Part shown: positions 1 to 12,231 of the stretch, piece by piece | Layout of the letters: each line of letters begins with the position of its first letter | Position numbering within the stretch: position 1 is the first letter of the stretch | Assembly (NCBI RefSeq): GCF_001194135.2 | Contig: NC_068983.1 | Coordinates: forward strand, 149,625,706-149,689,705 | DNA length: 64,000 nt | Direction of reading: 5' to 3' | From: Octopus bimaculoides | Taxonomy: Eukaryota | Made by a program: the position numbers and the translations under genes | Notes under the pieces: model-generated | Databases searched by the model: none | What the model was told of the DNA's origin: nothing | What the model saw: only the letters and a program-made list of their open reading frames with translations

Positions 1-65
1 CAGATCTTCCCATTCGGCGGGGTCACTATCTTAAAAGCCGCCTTGTCGGGCGGCTTTTAAGCTAG
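1..65 (+). mobile_element. Helitron 3' terminus
   Basis: GC-rich hairpin TTAAAAGCCGCC-TTGTCG-GGCGGCTTTTAA (31-60), followed by CTAG (62-65) and a T. Confidence 0.6.
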
Positions 66-879
66 TAAGGCATAAATATGATTAATTAAACTTTTCCTTC
101 CTACATTAAATATAATGCCGCTCAATTGAGTATTTTGTTATTTTGCAAAGCTGAACTTAATACATTTCTAACACTAAGAAAAAGGCAAAGGGTAACAACT
201 CCAGCGAATTAACAACAAAATCTAATGTCTTTAGTGACTTGGCACGACATGGATACAGATTAAACGGTGTTACATTTGACTATAAACATCGTGGCATTAT
301 GCCCCTTTAACTAAAGGAAATACACATCTACTAACTGGTACAAAAATTAATTGCATTACACAATTCTCTCTACATGAAGCATAGCAAATTTAAGATCTCA
401 TAATGTCTCGTTAAATTCAGTAAGTATTTATTCTGTAGCTGTCCCTTGTTTCTGTTTTTATGCGTCCTTGTTTCAAAGCAGTGTTTTTTCTTTTCTTTTC
501 TCTGAAATATTTTGACCTTTAGAGATGTTATTATATACAGTTTCAAATAACTCTCACTTTTATTCCTCTTTGTGATGTTTTAATTAGCAAAAAATGAATA
601 AAACAAAATGTGCCTCTCTTTTCGAGCATATAATATACACTCTCATGGCTTGAAGTTTTACTGTAAATCACGCTATTGACATTCATTGCAATTTTGGTTT
701 CTGTTTATATCTGTACAATGCCACACAATAAGAGAAATTTTGGGTTGTAATTTCCTGGAAGAGAAAAATAGAAACGATCCGTTTTTATTTTAATATTGAA
801 CTAAAACATTTTTAGTTCGAAACAGTCTTTCAAGAGATGAAAAGATGATCGAATATTTTTGTTTGATATTTTCGTGGTA

Positions 880-960
880 ATTTCGCCGAGGTCGACTTTG
901 CCTTTAATCCTTTCGAGGTCGATAAAATAAGTACCAGTTTAGTACTCAGATGAATCAACT
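880..960 (+). mobile_element. SINE central-domain fragment (MetaSINE-like)
   Basis: GCCGAGGTCGACTTTGCCTTTAATCCTTTCGAGGTCGATAAAATAAGTACCAG. The same motif recurs on - at about 6660-6740, 10240-10330, 27890-27990, 35160-35220 and 46860-46935. Confidence 0.6.
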
Positions 961-1739
961 TCTCCCTCCCCTAAAAATCTTCTGGCCTTGTTTCAACAAT
1001 TTAAACCATATCTCATGGTAATTTAAAGTATAATGTTGTATTTTGGGAGGGTCACTCTGCCAAAAATAACATACGAATATTTCGCATTTCCCCTTTTTAA
1101 AAAATTGTAGTGCACCTGAGCACTGTATACAACAAGTTAATTATTATAATCAATTAATCACATCAAAAATCTGGTGAAACAAATCCCAAAACGAAATTCG
1201 ATTAGACGAGCAAAGTAAAATAGTTATTCACACATGTTGCTGCTCATGAGAGAAGTCGGTTATGAATTATTTCCCTTTAGTCAAAGAACGCAGGACATGG
1301 ACACGGAACGAAGAGTCAAGGTATTCTGTTATCTTGTGCACAGAGCATAAAACAGATTTGCTAACTAGCAAGTCACCAACTGACAGGAACAACTTGCTGC
1401 AGCGAAGCCTGTTACTGACATGTATTTTGCCATGACAGCCTGTCCAACGACATTAAGGACCAAATGAGTTTCAATACTGCAACCTTTCTGTGTGTGATGG
1501 AGGACAGGTATCAGTGGTACAAGGCCAGCAATTATGAGGGGAGGGCATTGTAAATTACGTAGGCCACAATACTTGACTAGTGCTTTTGTTTCGTCAACCT
1601 TGAAAGGTTAAGTTGGCCTCAGCTGGATTTGAACCCAGAATATATTTTACACAATTGTTAGTGTACTTGCACAAATATTCCATATTAAAATACAAATCCA
1701 AAACTGAAGAAAACAATCACGAACGAAGAAAGAAGAAAA

Positions 1740-1992
1740 ATATCAATTCAACACTAAGTGCATCAATCAGTAACACACCACAAGGTTCAACGGAACCTAT
1801 TAAAGCAAGCCAACATGCTCCCAGCATTATCGTGGGCAATAGCAAGGCTAAGGCATTGATTGGAACAGCCAGGCACCCTCACAGGCATCACCTGACACCT
1901 AGGCCAGGCGATCTGCTAATGTTAACCACTCGCCTTACTGAGGTGTCAGGTGGTGCCCGTGAGGGTGCTTGGCTGTTCCAATGCCTTAGCCT
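1740..1992. repeat. Unclassified dispersed repeat with a local inverted duplication (arms 1845-1900 and 1941-1992)
   Basis: GGCTAAGGCATTG..GGAACAGCCAGGCACCCTCACAGGCATCACCTGACACCT is mirrored 40 nt later. A diverged copy of the family lies at about 42470-42635 (-). Confidence 0.7.
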
Positions 1993-2329
1993 CACTCTGA
2001 ATATTAAAAACCCAAACAAACACAAGGCATTTTCCCAATGCTCTAATGATTCTACCATGCCGATAATAATAAAAAGTGAACTGCTGAGCCACTGTGCATA
2101 TGTTCAATAGAGAGTCTCTGGTCAGACACTTGGTTTGCTAGAAACAAATCACACACTATCATCTTAGAAAGTGACTCATTGAATAATGTCACCTGTGTTC
2201 CCTGCACATAGGAGAAAAATCAACAGGATGATCATGTGTAGAAAACCCTTGATTGGATCTGACCTGTGGGAAGCAAGAACTGGAATCAAAGGGCCATAGA
2301 ATTAATTTAGCAAAAGCTTAAGTCTTAGT

Positions 2330-3355
2330 AAGTAAGAAAGCAGATAAATCACAAATCCCTTCAGGTAGATGGCCCTGTTAATATATAGAAAAGGTGTGGG
2401 TAGAAACTCCATAAGGTGTACCTGGTGCAAGCTATGGACACATAAGAGGTGCACCAGTATCAGGAGAAGGTTAACAGGGAAAATAGTTTTTGTGTGTGGC
2501 AGATGCATAGTTACAATAAACACTAGAGATGTACAAAAAAATAGACTCCATCAAATGCCAGATGGGATACCTAGAAGTTGTTGATAGCTTTTGTTATCTA
2601 GGTGACCAAGTCAGCAGTGGAGGTGGATGCTCCAAGAGTATAGCTACTAGAATAAGAATAGGCTGGACAAAGCTCAGAGAGCTCCTACCTCTGCTGGTAA
2701 CAAAGGGCCTCTCGCTCAGAGTAGAAGGCTGACTATGATGCCTGTGTGCCAACAATCATGCTACATGGCAGTGGAACATGGACTGTGACTGCAGAGGACA
2801 TGTGAAGGCTTGAAAGAAATGAAGCTAAAGTACTTTACTGGATGTATAATGTCAGTGTGCATGTACAACAGAATGTAAGTGTCTTGAGAGAAAAGTTGGG
2901 CATAAGAGACATCAGATGTGTGTAAGTGAGATGACTGCACTGGATACGGACATACAGAAGTGCTGATCTCTAACTATGGAAGGAACCTGTGGAAGAGGTA
3001 GACCCAGGAAGACATGGTATGAGGTGATGAAGCATGATCTTCGAATATTAGGTCTCATGGAGGTGATGATAAGTGATTGTGACCCTTGGCAATATAGTGT
3101 GCTTGAGAAAACTTGTCAGGCCAAGTGCAATTGTAGTTGTGGCCAGTGTTGGTGACACATGAAAGCACCCAGTAACACATAAAAGGCACTCACTACAATC
3201 TCAGAGTAGTTGTCATTAAGAAGGATATCCAGCTGTAGAAACCAAGCCAAAATCAGACTGGAACCCAGTGTAGCTCTCCAGCTTACAAGTTCCAGTCAAA
3301 CCATCTAATCCATGCTAAAATGGAAAGCAGATGCTAAATTACAATGATGATGATG
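2330..3355 (+). mobile_element. RTE-clade LINE 3' fragment (degenerate)
   Basis: Translates to RKGVGRNSIRCTWCKLWTHKRC...EVVDSFCYLGDQVSSGGGCSKSIATRIRIGWTKLRELLPLL. Ends in the shared RTE 3' UTR and a (GAT)n tail. Confidence 0.85.
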
Positions 3356-3698
3356 TTATATGTATATATGAGGCTTGCATTCTTGCTATCTAGGGTAGGT
3401 CAGCCTGGTGGAATTCATCCCTCTACAAGCTATACTGACAGAAGGATTTGAAATTAATAAGCTAATGTAACAATTTTTTTCTGTGCTCATATTAGTGAAT
3501 TATGCCATCATACTGAGTCCATTGACAACTAAGTTGAGCTGTTTAGAGTTATGTCCTGGCCATAAATACAATATAGCATTGTTGTTGTTGTTAGCATATT
3601 CATCAACATTTTGATTCTGAGGGTTCCTTGACCATAACAAGCATAACATAATTTGCAAAACACTTGCTTGTATGTTTTCAGCTTTGACAAAAAGAGCC

Positions 3699-3792
3699 AT
3701 GCCAATCCCATTCCATGTTCTTCGGAACATTGCTATTCTTGGAGGGTTCATTTCTATTGGAGGTGCTGGATATTTTACCACGAAGTTAAAAT
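3699..3792 (+). CDS. COA1: COA1 coding exon 1 (ATG plus TM helix)
   Basis: Acceptor TATGTTTTCAG at 3681, ATG at 3699, donor AAAAT|GTGAGT after 3792 (phase 1). Confidence 0.88.
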
Positions 3793-6700
3793 GTGAGTTC
3801 ATTTTGATAGAAATATTTCTCCTAAACTATTTATTATGCAATGTTGTAATTATAAATGAAGTATTTTCATAATCCTTGTCTTTCTTTCTTTCTTTCATTA
3901 CCTATCTCTTTTCTTATGCTGTGTTAGCTGATTTCCCCTACCCTTCTTTGTAGTGAGAATATCTGACAACATGTCTCTTCTCTCATGATACTATTTATTT
4001 ATTAATCAGTTCAAAAATAACAATTAAAAGCTCTCTACATCATTACTTCTGTCAGTCTCTTCTTTTTCTTGTTAACTTGGTTCAATCCCTCTTGTATATT
4101 TTCTAGGTAATTTTGTTGTAACATAGTATTGGTAGAAATTACATACGAAATAAAGCACCCACAAAAAGCTAAGAACTTTGTTAAATGCACAGAAAATAGG
4201 TTTCATTCTTCAATTACAGATATTGTGGTGCCTTGACTCAGCTATTCTTTTACTTGTTTCACTCATATGACTGTGGCCATGCTGGAGCACTGCTTTGAAG
4301 GGTTTTAGTCAAGCAAATTGACCCCAAAACTTGTTTTTTATAGCCTAGTACTTATTCTATCGAGATCTTTTGCTGAATCGCTTAGTTACGGAGACATAAC
4401 ACACCAACACCAGTTGTCAAGCAGTGATGGAGGGATAAACACAGACGTAAAGACACACACACACATAGATGCATACATGGTTTCTACTACTGGATGTCCT
4501 TCCTAATGTCAACCACTTTACAAAGTGTACTGTATGCTTTTTATGTGGCAGAAGCACTATTGAGATCACCAAGACAAAAACAACTCAACTGAGTGGGGAA
4601 TTAGTATTGAGTGAGGTGGCTTTGTGCCAGATGATGAGAGTTTAAAGTATGATAGAGGGACAGAAACAAGTGTCTTGAGGAGATATAATAAAAAAAATAG
4701 AGAGATGTTCTTGTAAGAAAATTATCAGAGCTATCAATGTGTCATGTAAATGTTTAGGTGTGGTTGTGTAGTAAGAAACTTGCTTCCCAACCACATGGTT
4801 CTAGGTTCAGTCCTACTACATGGCACCTTGGGCCAACCAAAGCCTTGTGAGTGGATTTGGTAGATGAAAACTGAAAGAAGTCTATCGTATATGTATATAT
4901 GTATGCATCTATGTGTGTGTGTGTCTTTACGTCTGTGTTTATCCCTAATTGATCAAACAACACTACACAAATAGGTGATTTTTAAAAATAGAAATAAAAT
5001 ATAATCTTATTTGCTTGATTTTGTTTCTTCTATTAAGCTAATTATTTATTAATTGTAGATAAATTCAAACAAGCAGACTATTTCATTGAATCAGTGTCTC
5101 TTCTACGCAACTATACTCCAATTGAAAAATATCTTGGTCAACCAATTGTAGTGAAAAGCATTGATCTTGGTGACACTGAGAACAATGTTGTTGGTGCCCT
5201 GGGTGCAAAGGTTTGTAAATAATATTAATGATAAACTTTTTTTTGTTATCTTTTTTAACAATGGTTATAGGCAAAGGAGTTACTTTCTGGTCTGATCCCA
5301 TTGTGTGACATGTTGAACTCTTCAACTATATTCCCAGGTTGAGCCAAAGCCTTGCAAGTAAAATTAGGTGTACAGAATTATCTATGGTTTCTATGGCTGG
5401 ATGCCCTTCCTAATACCAGACACTTTACAGAATGTGTTGGGTGCTTTTTATGTGCTACCATCATGAGTGCCTTTACACAGCACCAGCATGAGTGTATTTT
5501 ATGTGGCACTAGCATCTGTAAAGGACAAGCCTGTATGTATGGATGACAGCATATTTAGCTTGTCATGTCTTCTAAGTACAGCAAATCACCACATTAGCAC
5601 TGTATATCATAAGTAACATTTTGAAATGATCTGGTATCTATGCTTAACAGCTAGGTGAGCTAAGGCATTTAAATTTACATGTACTACCAATATATATATA
5701 TATATATATAATGAAATGCCAACTGTAGATTTGCACACAAGAGCTATGGGTTTGACGATGATAAGGCTAACATGGAAAAATGAAAGTAAAATACCAATGA
5801 TAATATATGCAAACAAATGTGTTAAAAAAACATTTAAAGAAATGTATTGGCGAAACATTTTATCCATTTTTTTTTCATCTACTGAATTAGATTGCAATTC
5901 CTGTATGTGGTCCTAAAGACAAAGGAATTCTTTATTGCTGGGCTACTCGTGAAAATACAGATGAAAGGTAAATTAGAAATAAGAAACTTTTTAATTTATA
6001 TATAATATGGATAACTTTACAGCTATCTATTTGAAAACCTTTTGCTGTGGAGATTTAAATGATGTGAAAACATCCTATAGTATTCTAAGTAAATAGAAAA
6101 ATAATTGAGTCTTTTCAGATAAATAATTGTTAGAGTTATCCACATTAAAAACATTTCAGGTATTCTGAATTATACTATGTTCCATAGAAATGTGTATTAT
6201 TTAATATATGGCCAACTAATGTTTGACATGCAAATCTGAACAGTTGTTAATGCTAAGTCCTGATAAGCTACTGCTATATATTACAATTCGGATTCAAAGT
6301 TCTCTGGTTGGGTGAGGAATAGTGTTACATCTTTCCTAAAGAGGATAACTATCTTGAAACAGATCTGTAAGAATATCTACAATTATATTCCTGTTTATTT
6401 AGAGAACAATAGAACATTTTTATGTCATTTTAATCTCCAGCTAAAAGTTATCAAATAACTGTTATCTACATATATATTTTAGGTATTACTTTGTGTTATA
6501 CATAAATATATATTATCTTTTAATTTAATTTGTTTTGTTTTAAAATTACTGTATTTCTTCAGTTATCTTACTTTCTTGTATAAAGTATTGAATTTTAAAT
6601 TTAACAGAAGGTATTAACTTTGTAAGGGAAGTGGTATAGTCAGTTGAGTAATTCCCAGTAGATTGGTAGTGGAACCTATTCTCATCAATCTTAGAAAGAG

Positions 6701-8402
6701 GAAAATGAAGGTCAACTCTAGTGGGATTTGAACTCAGGATGCCAATAGATTTCAATAGATATTGTAAGGCATTTACTGTAGCACTCTGCCATTTCTACTT
6801 CTCTAAGTTACCTTCCTGTAGAATGATGTTTGTATGAGGAAAGTTTGTGTAAATGTTTGGTACAATAAATATAGATGGTTTAACCTTTCAAAAGCACAAA
6901 AGCCAGAAATATTCCTAATTACTGCCACTATTATAAGCATTTTTAATGTTGATCAGAAGTTCATCCTTTCAGGTATTTAAGATTCACAACTAAATTTAAA
7001 AAGTGCTGGCCATGTTACTTTGAGACTTAGTACAGTGCCAACAATTCTTGGCATTGCACGAAGTCATCATCATCATCATCATCATCATCGTTTAACGTCC
7101 GCTTTCCATGCTAGCATGGGTTGGACGATTTGACTGAGGACTGGTGAAACCGGATGGCAACACCAGGCTCCAGTCTGATTTGGCAGAGTTTCTACAGCTG
7201 GATGCCCTTCCTAACGCCAACCACTCAGAGAGTGTAGTGGGTGCTTTTACGTGTCACCCGCACGAAANNNNNNNNNNNNNNNNNNNNNNNNNNNNNNNNN
7301 NNNNNNNNNNNNNNNNNNNNNNNNNNNNNNNNNNNNNNNNNNNNNNNNNNNNNNNNNNNNNNNNNNNNNNNNNNNNNNNNNNNNNNNNNNNNNNNNNNNN
7401 NNNNNNNNNNNNNNNNNNNNNNNNNNNNNNNNNNNNNNNNNNNNNNNNNNNNNNNNNNNNNNNNNNNNNNNNNNNNNNNNNNNNNNNNNNNNNNNNNNNN
7501 NNNNNNNNNNNNNNNNNNNNNNNNNNNNNNNNNNNNNNNNNNNNNNNNNNNNNNNNNNNNNNNNNNNNNNNNNNNNNNNNNNNNNNNNNNNNNNNNNNNN
7601 NNNNNNNNNNNNNNNNNNNNNNNNNNNNNNNNNNNNNNNNNNNNNNNNNNNNNNNNNNNNNNNNNNNNNNNNNNNNNNNNNNNNNNNNNNNNNNNNNNNN
7701 NNNNNNNNNNNNNNNNNNNNNNNNNNNNNNNNNNNNNNNNNNNNNNNNNNNNNNNNNNNNNNNNNNNNNNNNNNNNNNNNNNNNNNNNNNNNNNNNNNNN
7801 NNNNNNNNNNNNNNNNNNNNNNNNTGTTCGTACGCATGCGTCATACAGTCTGCCTTTTACTCTGAGTGAGAGTCCCTTTGTCGCCAGCAGGGGTAAGAGC
7901 TCTCTAAACTTTGCCCAGGCTATTCTTATTCTAGCAGCTACACTTTCAGCGCACCCACCCCCACTACTAACTTGGTCGCCCAGATAGCGGAAGCTATCGA
8001 CTACCTCTAGTTTTTCACCCTGGAATGAGATAGAAGTTGTTTCCTGTTTGTTTGCAGTCTTTATTGCACCTGAACATCTGCCACAAACAAAAACTAACTT
8101 GCTAACTAGCCTTTGATGTTGCTGCACCTCTTATGTGTCCATAGCTTGCACCGGGTACATCTTATAGAGTTACTACCTCTAGTCCAAAAACAATTTAGGT
8201 GGGCTGCAGCTCAGTGTAGTTTAGGGAAAGAAAATAGTTGGTATGAAATATATGGTGTTTGATTCTGATTTTTATTTGTTTTATTTCTCCTCTTTTTAGA
8301 TGGCTGGTTGACAAACTTGAAATTGAAATAAAGAAAACAAAGCAGCGATGGACATTTTATGAACGACCGATAACAAAAGAAAATGAAGAGAAAAAGTTAT
8401 GA
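3699..8402 (+). CDS. COA1: COA1 homolog (cytochrome c oxidase assembly factor 1), spliced CDS join(3699..3792,5059..5210,5891..5967,8300..8402), 141 aa
   Basis: Four exons join in frame (phases 1,0,2) through GT-AG introns to give MPIPFHVLRNIAILGGFISIGGAGYFTTKLKYKFKQADYFIESVSLLRNYTPIEKYLGQPIVVKSIDLGDTENNVVGALGAKIAIPVCGPKDKGILYCWATRENTDERWLVDKLEIEIKKTKQRWTFYERPITKENEEKKL*. One N-terminal TM, then the Coa1-type pattern (Y..ES..L...LG.P, IPV.GPK.KG.LY..A.R...RW..L). Length matches animal COA1. Confidence 0.88.
4250..4480 (-). mobile_element. Octopus-type tRNA-derived SINE, 3' part
   Basis: Reverse complement of the SINE body and tail seen at 38418-38840. Confidence 0.7.
4755..4950 (+). mobile_element. 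Octopus-type tRNA-derived SINE, 5' part
   Basis: GGTTGTGTAGTAAGAAACTTGCTTCCCAACCACATGGTTCTAGGTTCAGTCC head plus the AAAGCCTTGTGAGTGGATTTGGTAG body. Confidence 0.75.
5059..5210 (+). CDS. COA1: COA1 coding exon 2
   Basis: TTAATTGTAG acceptor; encodes (Y)KFKQADYFIESVSLL...GALGAK; donor AAG|GTTTGT (phase 0). Confidence 0.87.
5891..5967 (+). CDS. COA1: COA1 coding exon 3
   Basis: GAATTAG acceptor; encodes IAIPVCGPKDKGILYCWATRENTDE; donor AG|GTAAAT (phase 2). Confidence 0.87.
7065..8170 (-). mobile_element. Relatively young RTE LINE insertion in COA1 intron 3, spanning an assembly gap
   Basis: Open RT C-terminal frame FVCGRCSGAI...LEVVDSFRYLGDQVSSGGGCAESVAARIRIAWAKFRELLPLLATKGLSLRVKGRLYDACVRT on the right of the gap; RTE 3' UTR plus (GAT)n tail on the left. 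Confidence 0.85.
7268..7824. other. Assembly gap (N run)
   Basis: 557 N bases. Confidence 1.
8300..8402 (+). CDS. COA1: COA1 terminal coding exon
   Basis: Polypyrimidine acceptor TTTCTCCTCTTTTTAG; encodes (R)WLVDKLEIEIKKTKQRW...KKL; TGA at 8400-8402. Confidence 0.87.
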
Positions 8403-8634
8403 CACTAGGAGATTGTTAATTATTTTAAACCAAATTTTCAAAATTAAAGAAAGACTATTGTTGATATATTGTTAACATTTTATTGTGATTGTCTTTCTTA
8501 TGATTTTAAAAACTAAAAACTGCTTTTTTTAACTGGGACAGAAAGATCAAAATAATGAATACAACAAAAAAAGGAAAAAGCAAGAAATAATATTTCCCAT
8601 CTAGACTTTTGAATTAACTAAACATTAGTGTCAA

Positions 8635-8885
8635 GTGACTGAGGCCTTTGGCAATATACTGTGCTTGAGAAGACCTGTCAAGCTAAGTGAGATTGTAGTC
8701 ATGGCCGGTGGCACATAAAAAGCAACCCTACACTCTTGGAGTGGTTGGCATTAGGAAGGGCATCCTGCTGTAGAAACTGTGCCAAAGCTGATTGAAACCT
8801 GGTGCAGCTCCCCAGCTTACCTGTTTTCAGTCAAACTGTCCAACCCATGCTAGCTTGGAAAACAAACTTTAAATGATGATGATGA
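8635..8885 (+). mobile_element. RTE 3' UTR fragment with (GAT)n tail
   Basis: GTGCTTGAGAAGACCTGTCAAGCTAAG...GGCATTAGGAAGGGCATCC...CCAACCCATGCTAGC...AATGATGATGATGAT. Confidence 0.75.
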
Positions 8886-10169
8886 TAAGAAATATAGAAA
8901 CTTGTCATCAATACTTCAACAATGGTGTGTTTATTTATACCATTCTATAAATATTTCGTTTATGGATTTGGTTTGCTAGATTCTTTATGTGAGTTCGGAC
9001 TCTCCCCAGATACAATAGAACATTCTATAAATATGTTTCTTGGAATTTACTTATTATTTTTCTAGATTTGTAAATTAATTAACTTTTACAAGTTAATTCA
9101 ATTATGTAAATAAAATTGTCTCTCAACATACCCTAAAAAGTTTTGATCTTTGAAATTCTCAACACCTTTTCAGGTATACAAATGATAAATTAATCATCAG
9201 TTTCAGTGCATTACAAAATATGGCTCCTTTTTTTTCAAGGAAATAGCTAACTTGTTGCAGAATCTCAGAAGGTAAGTGAAGTAGTGAATGAACAATTCAA
9301 AAGTATTTTTATTACCTTGATAAGATACATGCAAAGAAAGCTTGAATAGTTTTTCAACACAACTTTTATTAAGGAAGTGATAACCTTCAATATATATAAG
9401 AAAATAAAACATCACACAGATAAAACAAACCTTAAACTAAGCAATCAAATGTCAGCTGTAGATATGTATAATTTGACTGTAAAAATATTTTGCAAAGTTG
9501 ATCCTGTCACAATCTATCTGGCCTCATCTTTGTTGGAGAAACTAAAAGAGCAGCAGTATGACTTTTTTAGAATTAGCAATGGTCCTCTTTAAAAAGAAAT
9601 CAATGAGTCTCTCAAACATACCCTCAGGTATACAAACAGCTACTTTCACTAGCTAGCTATGCTGACAATAAGATCACTTAGAAGTCCTAGTTATGTTAAA
9701 TATCTTCAAAATCACTTAGATATGTACAATTAGACTGCAAATCATGAATGTAATTTAATGCAAGTAGGATACACGGAAGCAGGGAAGATTGCAGTCCTAT
9801 AGCCACAACCATTATATTATCTACAAATTAGAATAAATTACTGAGCTGCAACAAGGGAATTCTGAAACCATATAGAACAAAAGAAAAAGTCTTGAGCTAA
9901 AGTCACATAATTTGTGGTATATTATCCTACAATAAAATTTTCTAAGGTCATGGTGTACTACAATTATTTTATCTCTAGCAACTATTATGTCAGTTTATTT
10001 TGTGTTGGTGTAATTGATGGTTGCCACTTATCTATATAAAATTATAGAATTCTGTTGGTTCAGTCTATTTCCATATGCACTAAATTAAAATACAATTAAA
10101 TTGTTTGTTAATCTATTTTACTTACCATGTGAGAGTCTGCAGTGAGTGATCCACTTCATTCAATGTTTC

Positions 10170-10375
10170 TTATTTCTTTATTGCCCACAAGGGGCTAAAC
10201 ATAGAGGGGACAAACAAGGAGATTAAATCGATTGCATTGACCCCAGTGCTTAACTGGTACTTAATTTATAGACCCCGAAAGGCTGAAAGGCAAAGTGGAC
10301 CTCGGTGGAATTTGAACTCAGAACGTAACGGCTGATGAAATACCGCTAAGCATTTTGCCCGGCATGCTAACGTTT
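10170..10375 (-). mobile_element. MetaSINE-like SINE fragment
   Basis: Reverse complement of the GAGGTCCACTTTGCCTTTCAGCCTTTCGGGGTCTATAAATTAAGTACCAG domain with flanks. Confidence 0.7.
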
Positions 10376-10759
10376 CTGTGTTGTCATGCATGGAGTCTTT
10401 CTGTTACAAATCTTGTCAAAAGTTTGTTGGTTTTTGTTTCCATTTTTCTATTGCTCTATAATTTTGGTATGAGTATTTTATTTTTGGCGTTACAGAGTAA
10501 CATTTTTAATTGGTTACTTTCTTTTTCAGTTGTTTATTCAACTGATTTAAGAACTTTGTTCTTTGGCTCAAGAAATGTTCAGTTACTGAGCATATTTCAT
10601 TGAACATCATTAGCCTTCATTACTGGGAGATGTTTAATGCACATAACTTACATTATGCCGTTGACCCTGCACAGAGAGGGCTTCAGGCCAGTTTATCTCT
10701 TTCTCACTTAATATTCATTGAGTTTTGTAGAAATTCAGGTAACTATACTTTTTATTGAA

Positions 10760-11148
10760 GTGGAGGCACAATGGCCCAGTGGTTAGGGCAGCGGACTCGC
10801 AGTCATAGGATCGCAGTTTCGATTCCCAGACCTGGCGTTGTGAGTGTTTATTGAGTGAAAACACCTAAAGCTCCATGAGGCTCCAGCAGGGGATGGTGGC
10901 GAACCCTGTTGTACTCTTTCACCACAACTTTCTCTCACTCTTACTACCTGTTTCTGTTGTGCCTGTAATTCAAAGGGTCAGCCTTGTCACACTGTGTCAC
11001 GCTGAATATCCCCGAGAACTACGTTAAGGGTACACGTGTCTGTGGAGTGCTCAGCCACTTGCATGTTAATTTCACAAGCAGGCTGTTTCGTTGATCGGTT
11101 CAACTGGAAACCTCGACGTCGTAAGCGACGGAGTGCCAACAACAACTT
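10760..11148 (+). mobile_element. Near full-length tRNA-derived SINE with (CAA)n tail
   Basis: A-box-like TGGCCCAGTGGTTAGG and B-box-like GTTTCGATTCCC head, about 300 bp body, CCAACAACAAC tail. Confidence 0.8.
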
Positions 11149-11482
11149 TTTATTGAGCACTGAGCTATGTGTTCTGGATTATTCATTCATAATTCTAAAA
11201 TGTAAGAAAGTTTCTTGAAATCACATTTACATTGTGGATGATTGACACATAGCGTAACAGAGATCTAGTAAATTGCTATTGTTTAGCCCCAGATGATTCC
11301 TCATTGATCAAACCTAAGATTGAATGCATTCTAGCCTTAGTTATCCCACCCTTTTAAGACTATTAATTTATCTAATGTCTTTTCTTTTTCTAAGATAACA
11401 GTATGATGTGAGAGAGAATTGACAACTATTGGTCGAATGACTTGGCTCACTTCTAGTTTGACAGCTGACCATTTGTATGATG

Positions 11483-12231
11483 TTCTTGTTACTCAGTTGT
11501 AAAAGAACTTTGTTGTCGAAGAGTACAATTCAAGAGATGTGTATGGAGTGGTCACCATACGTTTATTAGTCAAGGTAACTTTGTGAGGATCTTTTCTGTT
11601 TGGCTGCCACTTTTCAACAAAGTTGCCAACTTGCCAACAAAGTCAAGCAGTAACTTTGCTTGTTTGCGATAATCCTGAAATATACCTGAGAGTATGTGGC
11701 CCTCTGGACGTTCAAAGGTAGGAGTGGGAAAGTTGATATTGTCAAATAAAACTACATTGTTATTTTGGTCAAAATTGATTAATTCATCTTTTATTTTACT
11801 GAGGTTTTCCTCAAATTTTCTGCCATAATTTGATGCATCTGGTGAGATGTTACACATATATGACTTGTCTCGAAATACTTTAGATGTACAAGCAGGATTT
11901 CATAAAGAGTTTGAATCTGACCATAGTTTTAAAGGTTTTATATCTTTAGATGTATGTAAAAACTCCTCTATAGCTTCTTTCTACTTTCAGAACAAAAGAA
12001 GATATATTTTGATGTGTAATTCTGAATATATGGTTTCTGTCAGTGCTATGCATGTAGTTTGATTATTTGTGGCAAGGTCTCATGTAGAAAATTTTATTCT
12101 TGTTACTCAGTTGTAAAAGAACTTTCTTGTTGAAGAGTACAATTTAAGAGGTGTGTATGGAGTGGTCTCCATACGTTTATTAGTCAAGGTAACTTTGTGA
12201 GGATCTTTTCTGTTTGGCTGCCACTTTTCAA
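11483..12231. repeat. 135-bp direct repeats (11483-11617 and 12097-12231, 5 mismatches) flanking a 479-bp unique segment
   Basis: Direct comparison of TTCTTGTTACTCAGTTGTAAAAGAAC...GGCTGCCACTTTTCAA in both copies. Confidence 0.9.

Noticed and set aside
31-60. Hairpin resembling a bacterial rho-independent terminator
   Set aside because: Eukaryotic context, and it is followed by CTAG|T, so a Helitron 3' end explains it better.
1613-2110. 165-aa ORF
   Set aside because: Built from a SINE fragment plus the unclassified repeat and its hairpin; no protein-family motif.
7144-7987. Several long ORFs in the ORF track
   Set aside because: Artefacts of reading through the N gap; the same applies at 32069-32413.
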